A model generated the notes under the pieces. It saw nothing but the letters and a program-made list of their open reading frames with translations. It did not search any database and had not been told where the DNA came from. The position numbers and the translations under genes are program-made. Below are positions 39,383 through 49,614 of a stretch of 64,000 nucleotides of DNA, piece by piece (the stretch's first letter is position 1; every line of letters starts with the position of its first letter). Source of the stretch: Alphaproteobacteria bacterium CG_4_10_14_0_8_um_filter_37_21 (GTDB lineage: Bacteria > Pseudomonadota > Alphaproteobacteria > Paracaedibacterales > UBA11393); NCBI GenBank assembly GCA_002791835.1, contig PFNE01000002.1, positions 30,456 through 94,455 on the forward strand, read 5' to 3'.

Positions 39383-39601
39383 TTTTCAATCATGAATTGT
39401 GAAATTATATCAATTGTACCTTATGTGCCTCAAATTCTAAAACTTAATTTCTTAAAATGGCGTTTTATATATCTCTGGTTGCAAGTGTCTTACAACAAAT
39501 AAGAAAAAATATTTTTATATACCGAGTTGGTGATTTTTCTTGCAGATGTGGCAGAACATAACATATAATAAGTTGTATTCATAAGTTAAGAAAGATTATT
39601 C

Positions 39602-39829
39602 ATGAAAAAAGACATTCACCCACAGTATCATACAATTACAGTTGTTATGACTGATGGCACAAAATTTGAAACACGCTCTACTTGGGGTAAAGAAGGCGAC
39701 GAGATGAAATTAGACATCGACTCAAAATCACACCCTGCATGGACTGGTGGCGGGCACAAAATGTTAGATACTGGCGGACAAGTGTCTAAATTTAACAAGC
39801 GTTATGGTGATTTTAGTTTCGCTAAATAA
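39602..39829 (+). CDS. rpmE: 50S ribosomal protein L31
   Basis: 75 aa. [10 protein letters not shown]...HPAWTG...KFNKRYG. Confidence 0.9.
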   Translation: MKKDIHPQYHTITVVMTDGTKFETRSTWGKEGDEMKLDIDSKSHPAWTGGGHKMLDTGGQVSKFNKRYGDFSFAK

Positions 39830-39853
39830 CTCCCTTAAAAGTGGTCCAGCCCT

Positions 39854-42013
39854 ATGACGGAGCCTTCACAAAATAGTTCAGCACTTATTATACCTGAATA
39901 TTTAGATCGTTTGAATGCCCCGCAACGGGAAGCTGTTGAACAAACAGAAGGACCACTTCTTGTTTTAGCCGGTGCTGGAACAGGTAAAACGCGTGTTTTA
40001 ACATCGCGTGTTGTTCATATTTTAAACTTAGGCCTTGCACGACCTTTTGAAATTCTAGCCGTGACGTTCACCAATAAAGCTGCGCTAGAGATGAAAGAAC
40101 GTATTCACTTAGCACTGGGACAAAGCTTAGAAGGCGGCCTTTGGCTTGGTACGTTTCATTCTCTTGGCTTAAAAATACTCCGTCGCTACGCTGAAGACGT
40201 TGATTTAAATCAACAATTTTCCATTCTTGATCCTGACGATCAAATTCGTCTTTTAAAACAGCTGTTAAAACTAAATCATATTGACGAGAAAAAAACACCT
40301 GCCAAGATGGTGTCCATCATTATATCACGATGGAAAGATCGCGCTATTCGCTGGGATCAAGTGCCCGTGTCAGAACAAGGTGTGATCAGTAATATTTATG
40401 AGCAATACCAAAAACGTCTTCACCTTTTAAATGCTGTTGACTTTGGAGATCTTCTTTTACATTGCTTAACCTTATTTCAAAAACACCCAAGTGTTCTTGA
40501 ACAATATCAACGTCAGTTTCGCTATATTCATGTGGATGAATACCAAGATACAAACATTGCACAGTATATGTGGGTGCGCCTTTTGTCAGGGCACCATAAA
40601 AATCTTTGCTGTGTTGGTGATGATGATCAATCCATTTACGGTTGGCGTGGCGCAGAAGTTGGTAATATTTTAAAATTTGAAAAAGATTTTCCCAATACCC
40701 ATGTCGTAAAGCTTGAACAAAACTACAGATCAACATCACATATTATTCAAACAGCTGCTAAATTAATTTCGCACAACAAAGAACGCTTATCTAAAACATT
40801 ATGGACAGAACAAAATGATGGCGAAAAAGTTATCATTCGCGCTACCTGGGACAGCGATGATGAGGCCCGTTTTATTTGTACAGAAATTGAAGACTTAACG
40901 CGAAAAGGCGTAAAGCTACAGGATACTGCCATATTAGTACGTGCAGGGTTTCAAACACGTAGCTTTGAAGAACGGTTTTTACGCATGGGCATTCCCTACA
41001 AAGTAATAGGCGGATTTAGGTTTTATGAACGTCAAGAAATTCGTGATGCTATTGCCTACATACGATTAATTGTACAACCTGATGACGGGATGGCTTTTGA
41101 ACGTATTATTAATCTGCCCAAGCGCGGCATTGGTGGCGCTACCATTCAAAAAATACATGAAGTTTCACGATTTGAAAATATTTCAGTACCCAAAGCAGCT
41201 TTTCTGTACGCACAAAATAGTGCAAAAGGCCAAGTTAAACTAAATATACTAAACTTTTTTAGCAATATTGCACGCTGGCGTAACTTACTTGAAAATAACA
41301 CGCCCCATATTGATGTCATCAAATTAATGCTAGATGAATCTGGGTATGCAGCCATGTGGGCAAACGATCAGTCAACAGAGGCACCCGGGCGTTTAGAAAA
41401 CTTAAAGGAGCTTGTCTCCGCTATTGAAGAGTTTGATTATCTGCAAGGCTTTTTAGAGCACGTTAGTTTGGTTATGGAAAACAATCAAAAAAAACAAGAA
41501 GATCAAGTTACAATCATGAGTTTGCATGCTGCAAAAGGTTTAGAATATGACTACGTCTATCTATCGGGTTGGGAAGAAAAACTGTTTCCCCATGCAAAAT
41601 CCTTAGATGAAAATGGGCAAGAAGGACTTGAGGAAGAACGTAGACTTGGATATGTAGGTATATCCCGTGCAAAAAAACGTGCCGTTATAACGCATACCAA
41701 ACAACGCAAAATGTATTCAGGGTGGAACAAATGCAACCCTTCACGCTTTTTAAAAGAACTTCCATTAAAAAATATAACAATATATAGTGCTAATGGCGTG
41801 GAACAAAAAGACAGACCAAACACAGATGAGGATTCAATACAAATTGCATCATCTTATGTTGCAATCGGAAATGACTTTGATCTAGGCGATCGTGTCTATC
41901 ACCAAAATTTTGGTTACGGCAGCATAACAGACAAAGATGGTGAATACGTTGTCGTTCAGTTTGATACCGGTTCAATAAAACAAATCATATCAAGCTTTGT
42001 AGAGCATGCTTAA
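39854..42013 (+). CDS. uvrD: UvrD/Rep/PcrA-family DNA helicase II
   Basis: 719 aa. LNAPQREAV, AGAGTGKTRVL, VDEYQDTN, QNYRST and VGISRAKK motifs. Confidence 0.9.
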   Translation: MTEPSQNSSALIIPEYLDRLNAPQREAVEQTEGPLLVLAGAGTGKTRVLTSRVVHILNLGLARPFEILAVTFTNKAALEMKERIHLALGQSLEGGLWLGTFHSLGLKILRRYAEDVDLNQQFSILDPDDQIRLLKQLLKLNHIDEKKTPAKMVSIIISRWKDRAIRWDQVPVSEQGVISNIYEQYQKRLHLLNAVDFGDLLLHCLTLFQKHPSVLEQYQRQFRYIHVDEYQDTNIAQYMWVRLLSGHHKNLCCVGDDDQSIYGWRGAEVGNILKFEKDFPNTHVVKLEQNYRSTSHIIQTAAKLISHNKERLSKTLWTEQNDGEKVIIRATWDSDDEARFICTEIEDLTRKGVKLQDTAILVRAGFQTRSFEERFLRMGIPYKVIGGFRFYERQEIRDAIAYIRLIVQPDDGMAFERIINLPKRGIGGATIQKIHEVSRFENISVPKAAFLYAQNSAKGQVKLNILNFFSNIARWRNLLENNTPHIDVIKLMLDESGYAAMWANDQSTEAPGRLENLKELVSAIEEFDYLQGFLEHVSLVMENNQKKQEDQVTIMSLHAAKGLEYDYVYLSGWEEKLFPHAKSLDENGQEGLEEERRLGYVGISRAKKRAVITHTKQRKMYSGWNKCNPSRFLKELPLKNITIYSANGVEQKDRPNTDEDSIQIASSYVAIGNDFDLGDRVYHQNFGYGSITDKDGEYVVVQFDTGSIKQIISSFVEHA

Positions 42014-42037
42014 CGCTTTGTGCAATTTTTATTGACG

Positions 42038-42232
42038 CTAATAAAACCAAAAGCCCATACTGCGCAATGCCCACACTATGGCGATAATTGACAAAACCAT
42101 ACCAGAAAACCACAACACTTCTTGCGTTAGCGTATACCCAATAAATTTTGACCATATATTTTGCTTTTTAGGCAACCTATTTTCAGTTTTTAATATTAAA
42201 TATGATAACCAACCAGAATTATCTTTCATCAT
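42038..42232 (-). CDS. Small hypothetical membrane protein
   Basis: 64 aa with one clear TM segment (VLWFSGMVLSIIAIVWAL). No other support. Confidence 0.3.
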   Translation of the reverse strand: MMKDNSGWLSYLILKTENRLPKKQNIWSKFIGYTLTQEVLWFSGMVLSIIAIVWALRSMGFWFY

Positions 42233-42357
42233 CTACACCTTGTAACACCATATTTTTTAGGATATCAAAAAAGGAAGTTCTTAGCACCCCTTTGGGTTGG
42301 TTTGAAATGGCTCTATAGCTTAGGGCCATTTTTACAATACGCCGTGTCCAAAACAGA

Positions 42358-43668
42358 CTAGTTGTCTTGATCTAGCTGTCTTAACAAACTTTCTGCACGT
42401 GCACGAATTGATGCTTTTGTGGCTTGTTTTGCCTTTAAAGCGTGTGATTTTGCCATTTTATAATCTTGCATTAAAAAGGCAGCCTCTGCCAAACAACCTG
42501 AAGCATCTGCAGTCTTACCCATTTTTCCATATGCAATGCCTAAAAGGCGCCATCCAAAAACTTGCGATGGGTCTTTATCTAGGTGCGGCGTCAACAACGT
42601 AACAACCTGTGTCAGATCACCTTTTGCTTCAATCAAAGCGTGACTCATCATAACATCTAGCCCTAAACTATTTTTTTTACGGTTCTGTTTAGCACGTTTA
42701 AAACTATCAAGTGCTTGTTTATGTTTACCAGATTCAAATTCAAACTGCCCTTTAAGTTCTAAGAAGTAAGTATCATTTGGTGAATCTTTTAATAATAAGT
42801 CTAATTCACGCTTTAGATTATCCATTTTACGTACACGATAGTAGGCAATGGCCCGTCCATAACGTGCTTCATCTGAATTTTGCCCGGCGTAATCGCGCAA
42901 TGTTTTGTTTGGCTCTTGCGTAAAGCCAGCAATTTTACCACGCATCCTTGAAAAACGTTTTGCATATTCTAAGGGTACACGATAATTATTTTTATGTTCT
43001 TTAAGATAGGCTTGAATTTTACCAATTCTAGAAGGAGTCAAAGGGTGCGTTAACAAATAAGGATCCAGGCCTCGAATATTATATTTTTGGTCAATCGTTT
43101 TTAAAAAGGTCATCAACCCATCGGCAGGCCATTTTAACACCTCTAAAATGCTTAAAGCGCCGGCATCTGCTGTATCTTCTTGTGATCTGCTATATTTTAA
43201 TACACCGCGTTCCATCATACCCAAACCGCCCATGGCACCTGCTGCAAAGATCTCTCCGTTACCCGTCGCAAGGGCTGCTACACCAGACAGGGCAATTGCT
43301 AATATGCCAGGGATAGAGGCATTGCCCGCATAAAAATCACGTAGCGCTGAATGCGCTCCTTTAATATGTGCTGTTTCATGAGCTAGAACACCAATAAATT
43401 CCTCAATATTTTTACAATTTAAAATAAATCCTGTGAAAATAATGAGTGTGCCTTGAACAGTTGCAGCCGCATTAATATCCTTATTGACTAAAAAATGAAC
43501 AGTTGGTGTATGGCTTACTTTTGCAGCTTTGAATAAATCATTAACAACTAAGAGGGTCGTTTCTTCAATTTCATCATCCTGCAAAAAACTGCCCTCTTTT
43601 AAGTAAACATCACCATGTACAACAGTACAGAAAAAAAATAGGGAAAAAAATTTATATAAAGAATGCAT
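42358..43668 (-). CDS. M48-family metalloprotease with C-terminal TPR region (BepA-like)
   Basis: 436 aa. Signal peptide, HExxH motif (AHETAHIKGAH), and TPR-like repeats in the C-terminal half. Confidence 0.75.
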   Translation of the reverse strand: MHSLYKFFSLFFFCTVVHGDVYLKEGSFLQDDEIEETTLLVVNDLFKAAKVSHTPTVHFLVNKDINAAATVQGTLIIFTGFILNCKNIEEFIGVLAHETAHIKGAHSALRDFYAGNASIPGILAIALSGVAALATGNGEIFAAGAMGGLGMMERGVLKYSRSQEDTADAGALSILEVLKWPADGLMTFLKTIDQKYNIRGLDPYLLTHPLTPSRIGKIQAYLKEHKNNYRVPLEYAKRFSRMRGKIAGFTQEPNKTLRDYAGQNSDEARYGRAIAYYRVRKMDNLKRELDLLLKDSPNDTYFLELKGQFEFESGKHKQALDSFKRAKQNRKKNSLGLDVMMSHALIEAKGDLTQVVTLLTPHLDKDPSQVFGWRLLGIAYGKMGKTADASGCLAEAAFLMQDYKMAKSHALKAKQATKASIRARAESLLRQLDQDN

Positions 43669-43745
43669 TTTGTGCTTAATAAACAGATATACTATTATTA
43701 GTATGAGGACAAAGAAGTACCTAAATCAAGTATAGGAATAAAAAA

Positions 43746-44450
43746 ATGGATAAAAAATATATTATTGCGAACTGGAAGATGAATGGCGATAGGCATCTTA
43801 TTCAACAATATCATGATTTTTTCTCTCAACACACTCTCAATCATCATGTGGTTATTTGTCCACCCTTTTCTTTTTTAGAACAAATCAAACACCAGAACTA
43901 TCATGTCGGTGCCCAAGACTGCCATTTTGAAAAATCCGGCGCTTATACAGGCAGCATTAGTCCGACTATTTTAAAAGGTCTCGGTACCAAATACGTTATT
44001 TTGGGTCATTGTGAACGCCGCTCCCAATACAGTGAAACCAATGAACTTGTATACAAAAAAGCAGCTGCTGCGCTTGACGCAGACATAATCCCCATTTTTT
44101 GTATTGGTGAAACTTTACAAGCGAAAGAAAATGGACAAACCGCAGCATTTATAGAAAAGCAACTGCAAGAATCCATACCCAAAACACAAAAAAAAATGAT
44201 TATTGCTTATGAACCGGTTTGGGCCATTGGAACAGGAAAGGTGCCAACACCTGAATACATTCAAAACGTACACGCATTAATATATAAATTATACCCAAAA
44301 CACCCTATATTATATGGGGGATCCGTCAACAAACAAAACTGTCAGGCTATCCTAAATATTGAAAATGTAAATGGTGTACTTGTTGGTGGCGCTAGCCTTG
44401 ATATATCTTTTTTTGAAACTTTAATGCACATGCCAAAAAATAATGAATAA
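43746..44450 (+). CDS. tpiA: Triosephosphate isomerase
   Basis: 234 aa. IANWKMNG, GHCERR and AYEPVWAIGTG motifs. Confidence 0.92.
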   Translation: MDKKYIIANWKMNGDRHLIQQYHDFFSQHTLNHHVVICPPFSFLEQIKHQNYHVGAQDCHFEKSGAYTGSISPTILKGLGTKYVILGHCERRSQYSETNELVYKKAAAALDADIIPIFCIGETLQAKENGQTAAFIEKQLQESIPKTQKKMIIAYEPVWAIGTGKVPTPEYIQNVHALIYKLYPKHPILYGGSVNKQNCQAILNIENVNGVLVGGASLDISFFETLMHMPKNNE

Positions 44451-44907
44451 TTTATCTGAGATAAAACGAATAGCAACAATCCTTAAAAAAAGTGTCCTTT
44501 ATTTTCTTTTAAGCATCCTCGTCAATATGCTATCAAAAGGGTTGCTCTCTCCCCTATTATTTATCATTTTGCTTTACAGAACGCCTCTGAATACTGAAAT
44601 GCCATGGTATGTCAGTATTTTGATTGGGGTGTGTTATGACAGTATGTTTTTTATGCCTATCGGGTTTCACCCCGTATTACTTCTTTGCTTGCAGGCAAGT
44701 ATAAACTACGGGCAAAAGTACACATTTGAACGCTCTCAATTAAGATATTGGGGTGGTTTTGGCATTTTATGCCTTATCGGCTTTTTGGCAGAAACATTTG
44801 GACGCTTTCTAATTGGCCATGAATCATACCTTAATGCATACACTTGTATCAATTATATTCTTTTATGGTCAGTGTATCCTATTTTTCAGACTATGAGGAA
44901 AACATAA
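44443..44907 (+). CDS. Hypothetical integral membrane protein (weak MreD-like pattern)
   Basis: 154 aa with 4-5 TM segments. Overlaps the tpiA stop by 8 nt. The central ...ILIGVCYDSMFFMPIGFH... is only loosely MreD-like. Confidence 0.4.
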   Translation: MNNLSEIKRIATILKKSVLYFLLSILVNMLSKGLLSPLLFIILLYRTPLNTEMPWYVSILIGVCYDSMFFMPIGFHPVLLLCLQASINYGQKYTFERSQLRYWGGFGILCLIGFLAETFGRFLIGHESYLNAYTCINYILLWSVYPIFQTMRKT

Positions 44908-45044
44908 AACAATAGGTTGCGATTGTGTAAGAATAAATAAAATATTTATCAAATAGGGAAACCGTTAGGTTGCCAACAATTTACAAGGCACATTCTCGAA
45001 AAACCAAACATCGTGTCTAGTTTTCAATATGCTTATCTCCATAT

Positions 45045-45079
45045 AAAAAAAAGAGAGCTATAAGCTCTCTTTTTTTTTT
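45045..45079. terminator. Bidirectional rho-independent terminator (tig / convergent membrane-protein gene)
   Basis: An A run, then AGAGAGCT-ata-AGCTCTCT, then a run of 9 T. It sits between two convergent genes. Confidence 0.8.
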
Positions 45080-45095
45080 AACTTAAGTTTAGTTT

Positions 45096-46403
45096 TTACG
45101 CTTCAGGTAAAATAGCATCAATTTTTTCCTGTAAAGTTTCAACGGAAACTTTTTCTTCTTTCGCATCAACCTTTTCTAATAAGAAGTCTACAACAACATC
45201 TTCCAAAGCTTCGGAGCGAATGACGTCCATAAACCGTTCGTTTTTAATAAGTTTTTTATAGTTGTCTTCAGGTGCGCCCTGCATTTGGAACAAATACGGT
45301 TTTATTTTTTCTAGCAGGTCATGTTCTGAAGGTGATAGCTTGTTTTCTTTTGCAATATGTCCAATTAAAAGGCCTAAACGCACACGACGAACAGCTAATT
45401 TTTCTACTTCTTTAGCGTCTTCTTTATCTGCTTCGCCAGCGTCTTTCATTTGATCTTGAATATTTTTCTTTTCAGCATCTAAAATTGTAGATGGAAGATC
45501 AAAGTCATAAGTAGTGCTTAACGTATCAAAAAGGTTACGCTTCATGTGCAGGCGTGTGTCACGGTCCATTTCACTTTGCAATGCTTTTTTTATTCTTTCT
45601 AAAAGCTCTTCTTTCGTTTTAACGCCCATGCTTTCAAAGAACTTATCATCGGGTATGAATTTACCTTTTTCTTCAACTTTTTCAATTGAAAAATTACAAA
45701 TCGCTTCTTTTCCTTGTAATGCGGATAGTGCAAAATTGTCAGCTAAAGTTTCTTTAACTTCCCCAGATTCACCAACTTTTTTACCAACTAAAGCTTTAGC
45801 TGTTGCAATATAATAAGATTCCTCATTATTTGCACGTAAATACATTGTTCTATCAGTTACTTCTTTAACAGGCTTGCCATCATGACTTAAAGACAGTTTA
45901 ACAGTTACAATATCGTCTTTTTTAATCGCTCTTTTTACTTCTGTATAAGGTGCGTGACGCTCTAGTAAATGCTCAAAATTTTTATCGATATCCTTCTGCT
46001 CTGGCTCTGACACAAATTTTTCCAGTTTTATTTTTGAAAAATCACCAAGCGTAATTTCTGGCATGTTTTCAAAAATAAGGTCTACTTGAAAATCTTTAGA
46101 TTTTTCATCTTTATTTTCAACAACTTTTAGCTGTGGGGCACTGGCAGGCGACAAATTGTTTTCTTTTACAATTTTTTGACTTGCAGAGTTTAAATTATCG
46201 TCCAAAGCTTGTTTAGATGCAGCTGCACCAAATTCTTGCTTTAAAAGATTCATAGGAACTTTACCAGGACGAAAACCCGGTTTTTTATATGTTTTCGCGT
46301 GGGTGGTTAAAATTTTATCTTTTTCTTCTTCGATAAATTTTTCCGTAAAGGTGACACGAAACACATTTTGTAAACCTTCAGCTGATACTTTTTCAATTTT
46401 CAT
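45096..46403 (-). CDS. tig: Trigger factor
   Basis: Start taken at MKIEKVSAEGLQNVFRVTF. The track start at 46481 would run through tRNA-Leu. N-terminal ribosome-binding region with GFRPGKVP, then the FKBP and C-terminal arms. Confidence 0.9.
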   Translation of the reverse strand: MKIEKVSAEGLQNVFRVTFTEKFIEEEKDKILTTHAKTYKKPGFRPGKVPMNLLKQEFGAAASKQALDDNLNSASQKIVKENNLSPASAPQLKVVENKDEKSKDFQVDLIFENMPEITLGDFSKIKLEKFVSEPEQKDIDKNFEHLLERHAPYTEVKRAIKKDDIVTVKLSLSHDGKPVKEVTDRTMYLRANNEESYYIATAKALVGKKVGESGEVKETLADNFALSALQGKEAICNFSIEKVEEKGKFIPDDKFFESMGVKTKEELLERIKKALQSEMDRDTRLHMKRNLFDTLSTTYDFDLPSTILDAEKKNIQDQMKDAGEADKEDAKEVEKLAVRRVRLGLLIGHIAKENKLSPSEHDLLEKIKPYLFQMQGAPEDNYKKLIKNERFMDVIRSEALEDVVVDFLLEKVDAKEEKVSVETLQEKIDAILPEA

Positions 46404-46439
46404 GTAATTATCCGTTGGAGTCATATTTAAAAAAAACAG

Positions 46440-46524
46440 TGGTGCGGGTGGAGGGACTTGAACCCCCACACCTTGCGGCACAAGAACCTAAATCTTGCGT
46501 GTCTACCAGTTTCACCACACCCGC
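46440..46524 (-). tRNA. tRNA-Leu (UAG)
   Basis: In the minus sense, GCGGGTGTGGTGAAACTGGTAGACAC...CAAGATTTAGGTTCTTG...long variable arm...GGTTCAAGTCCCTCCACCCGCACCA. Anticodon loop TTTAGGT. Confidence 0.9.
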
Positions 46525-46599
46525 ATTGTTTACGTAAAGTAAACATACATAAATTTAACATAATTAAGGTATTTAATGCTAGAACTTTTTTTATATTTT

Positions 46600-47082
46600 T
46601 TACTTTTTATTTACAATTTCACAACCGAGACGTTCCAGCGCCTGTTGTAAGGCCTGATTGTTAATTTCATGAATTCTCTCTGTAATATTTGCGGGTAATT
46701 TATGTTCTTTAGGCTGGTTTATGCGCTTATTTTTTTGTTGTTTCATAGCAATAGGCGATTGATTCAACGTAATAGCACTAACCAACCTTTTACCATAAAA
46801 TGCTGCTATTTTTTCAATAATAAGGCCACTTTGAAAACCAACCATCAGGGCTGCAGCTGGGTTTACTTGCAAGGTTAACGTTGCACCAGCGCCCTGTCCT
46901 TTTGGAAAAATAAGACGCAAAGGCATTGTGTTATTAGAAATTGTATCGCCAACAATTTTTGGCCAATCAAGCATAAGGGTTGCAAAATAATACCCCCCCT
47001 TCTTAAGGTGGGGTTTTGCAACAATATCGATTAAAGTCGATAGCGTCCGTGGCTTCCCAAAATAGGGACGCTTATTGGTCAT
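46600..47082 (-). CDS. DUF721 / DciA-like protein
   Basis: 160 aa. The W..IVG......T.P pattern is present (DWPKIVGDTISNNTMPLRL) and the size is typical. Overlaps the serS stop. Confidence 0.6.
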   Translation of the reverse strand: MTNKRPYFGKPRTLSTLIDIVAKPHLKKGGYYFATLMLDWPKIVGDTISNNTMPLRLIFPKGQGAGATLTLQVNPAAALMVGFQSGLIIEKIAAFYGKRLVSAITLNQSPIAMKQQKNKRINQPKEHKLPANITERIHEINNQALQQALERLGCEIVNKK

Positions 47083-48353
47083 CGCTTTTGAATAACCTTT
47101 TGATTATTCATATAAGGCTGTAAAACATCTGGCACATTAATAGAGCCGTCTTCATTTTGATAATTTTCCAAAACGGCAACCATCGTTCTACCTACAGGTA
47201 ACCCTGATCCGTTTAAGGTATGAACAAACTGTAATTTTTTCTCGCCCTCTTTTTTATACCGCGCACGCATACGGCGGGCTTGAAAATCACCGCAAATAGA
47301 GCAACTGGAAATTTCTCTATATGTTTTTTGTGACGGTAACCATACTTCAAGGTCATACGTTTTACGGGACTGAAACCCCATATCCCCCGTGCAAAGAAGC
47401 ATAACTTTATACGGCAAATCTAATTTTTGAAGCAACGTCTCTGCAACATTCGTCATACGTTCTAATTCTGCTTCAGAATCTTTTGGTGTGGTAATGCTCA
47501 CCATTTCAACTTTATTAAATTGGTGCTGACGAATCATACCACGGGTATCGCGACCAGCAGAACCTGCCTCTTTCCTAAAACATGGCGTATAAGCTGTATA
47601 GCGTAAAGGTAGGTCTGTTTCTTTTAAAGTTTTATCATGTACAAGGTTTGTTAAGCTGACTTCTGCGGAAGGTATCAACCAACGCCCATCCGTTGTTTGA
47701 AACTGGTCATCATGAAATTTTGGCAGTTGTGCCGTTCCGTATAACGCCTTATCATTCATAATCACGGGTGTTGAAACTTCTGTATATCCAAAATCTTGCG
47801 TATTATTATCTAACATAAAGGCTGCTAAGGCGCGTTCTAAGCGCGCAAGATCGTCTTTCAAATAGACAAATCTGGGGCCTGAAACAAGGGATGCCTGTTC
47901 AAAATCCATCATATCAAGTTTTTCACCCAAATCATAATGTGCTTGTGGCTTAAAGTCAAAATGACGCGGTGTGCCAACTGTTCTGAGACAAACATTGTCT
48001 TCTTCACTACTGCCCACAGGAACATCATCCAAGGGAACATTTGGTTTTTCAGAAAGTAACCTCACAAGATGTTCGTGGTGATGTTTAGCTTCCTCATCTA
48101 ACAAGTGCAATCTATCTTTAATTTCGTCACTTCTTTTAGAAAAGCCAGTTGTGTCTTCATTGTTGTTTTTAGCCATACCAAATTTTTTAGCAATTTGATG
48201 ACGCTCTGCTTGTAATTCTTGAAGATCAGTCAACACTTTACGATGAATAGAATCGATCGCTAAGGCTTCTTTTGTAAAAGGCTTTTCTCCACGTTTTTTT
48301 TGACTTTTATCAAAAACCTCTGGATTTGTTCTTAAAGTATTTAAATCAAACAT
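47079..48353 (-). CDS. serS: Seryl-tRNA synthetase
   Basis: 424 aa. N-terminal coiled-coil arm and class II motifs (FRKEAGSAGRDTRGMIRQHQF, TLNGSGLPVGRT). Confidence 0.93.
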   Translation of the reverse strand: MFDLNTLRTNPEVFDKSQKKRGEKPFTKEALAIDSIHRKVLTDLQELQAERHQIAKKFGMAKNNNEDTTGFSKRSDEIKDRLHLLDEEAKHHHEHLVRLLSEKPNVPLDDVPVGSSEEDNVCLRTVGTPRHFDFKPQAHYDLGEKLDMMDFEQASLVSGPRFVYLKDDLARLERALAAFMLDNNTQDFGYTEVSTPVIMNDKALYGTAQLPKFHDDQFQTTDGRWLIPSAEVSLTNLVHDKTLKETDLPLRYTAYTPCFRKEAGSAGRDTRGMIRQHQFNKVEMVSITTPKDSEAELERMTNVAETLLQKLDLPYKVMLLCTGDMGFQSRKTYDLEVWLPSQKTYREISSCSICGDFQARRMRARYKKEGEKKLQFVHTLNGSGLPVGRTMVAVLENYQNEDGSINVPDVLQPYMNNQKVIQKR

Positions 48354-48591
48354 TAGATAGCACGATCACTTTCAGTATAAATTTACCTTTATTATATAAT
48401 ATTTAATTCTTTAATGATAGATTCTATGAATTTACATTTAAATAAAACGGTTATTAATATGCCTATAAATAAATTTATTTAAAAAATAATTATAGTAAAG
48501 TATTGATTAATTATTCATATGCACTTATATTGTTTTTATTAGCTATAATTACTAGCTGATTATTATTAATTTAAATAAAAGGTAAATAGAC

Positions 48592-48888
48592 GTGAATATA
48601 ACACAAAAAATGGCAATCATTTTAGGGCTAACAGCACATTGTGCAATGGCAGCGGCACCTGCTAATCGTTTTACAACACCAAACAGGCCAACTCGCCTGC
48701 TCGAATCACCGCTAATTCTAGGCAAACATCATCATGATCCCGCACAGAACTCAACGCCTAGAAGTGGGTATCATACACCTGTCAGATTAAAGCTATTTTT
48801 AAATTCTGATAATTTGGCTGAGCATGACCCAGTTGCTAGAAATCTATTTCCTGAATTCAGTTCAGAAGATGAAAAAGACACTAAATAA
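48592..48888 (+). CDS. Small secreted hypothetical protein
   Basis: 98 aa from a GTG start; the first ATG gives MAIILGLTAHCAMAAAP. Signal peptide, then a Pro/His/Arg-rich and acidic tail. It has its own downstream terminator. Confidence 0.45.
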   Translation: MNITQKMAIILGLTAHCAMAAAPANRFTTPNRPTRLLESPLILGKHHHDPAQNSTPRSGYHTPVRLKLFLNSDNLAEHDPVARNLFPEFSSEDEKDTK

Positions 48889-48920
48889 TAATTGCCACAT
48901 CAGCATTTAACAATAAAAGT

Positions 48921-48947
48921 CCGCTCAAATTTTAAGCGGCCTTTTTT
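48921..48947 (+). terminator. Terminator hairpin after the 98-aa ORF (possibly shared with convergent holC)
   Basis: CCGCT-caaatttta-AGCGG followed by CCTTTTTT. Confidence 0.5.
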
Positions 48948-48952
48948 ATTCG

Positions 48953-49387
48953 TTAAAGTTTTTGCCAACTACCATCTATTTTTTGCTGCCATGAAATAGC
49001 TTGGGGAATTTTTTTTTTCAATGAATTAAATTGATCAGCTATATTTTCTTCATTTTTATCATAAAAGTAAATCATTCTGTCAAAAATTATATCAGTAACT
49101 TCAGCTGGCTTTAAAGAAATTAAAACTTTAGGCTGATTGACTGTATCAAGTGTTAAAGATAGCCAAATAGGGTTTTCTGCATGGGTTTCTTTTGGATCTT
49201 TTTCAGTGCCATGTGGTAAAAATGCTAAAGATGCAAAAGTCCACAATGTTGAATTAAGGGCATCTAAACGTTCTTGCGTATCACACAATATATGGCAGTT
49301 CAGGTTTGCATCATAAATTTTTTGAACAAGCTTAGGCAGTGTTTTTTCAACAGATGTATTTATAAGTTCATAAAAAGAAATACTCAT
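48953..49387 (-). CDS. holC: DNA polymerase III chi subunit
   Basis: 144 aa. SFYEL...CHILC...RLDALNSTLWTF...FLPHG is the chi-subunit pattern. Confidence 0.75.
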   Translation of the reverse strand: MSISFYELINTSVEKTLPKLVQKIYDANLNCHILCDTQERLDALNSTLWTFASLAFLPHGTEKDPKETHAENPIWLSLTLDTVNQPKVLISLKPAEVTDIIFDRMIYFYDKNEENIADQFNSLKKKIPQAISWQQKIDGSWQKL

Positions 49388-49603
49388 TTATTGATCATCA
49401 TCTTTTTTAAGTGGTTTTTGATCTGCCTTATCTTGCATAAAGGCCTCATAGTCAATAGACATGCGCACTGAATGGATTATTTCTTGAGCTTTACCAACCC
49501 ATTTTCCAATTGTTTTAAGTAAAATTAAAAGATCCTTTGGCCCCAAAAATATAAGGGCCACCAATATAATAATAAAAAATTCAGACCAAAGCGCATCAAT
49601 CAT
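49388..49603 (-). CDS. Twin-arginine translocase TatA/TatB-family protein (TatB-like)
   Basis: 71 aa. N-terminal TM segment followed by an amphipathic helix: FFIIILVALIFLGPKDLLILLKTIGKWVGKAQ. Confidence 0.65.
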   Translation of the reverse strand: MIDALWSEFFIIILVALIFLGPKDLLILLKTIGKWVGKAQEIIHSVRMSIDYEAFMQDKADQKPLKKDDDQ

Positions 49604-49614
49604 CTATGTATTCC

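Noticed and set aside
46404-46481. N-terminal extension of trigger factor (track start MPQGVGVQVPPPAP...).
   Set aside because: The extension is the reverse complement of tRNA-Leu(UAG) at 46440-46524. The conserved trigger-factor N-terminus begins at MKIEKVSAEG (46403).
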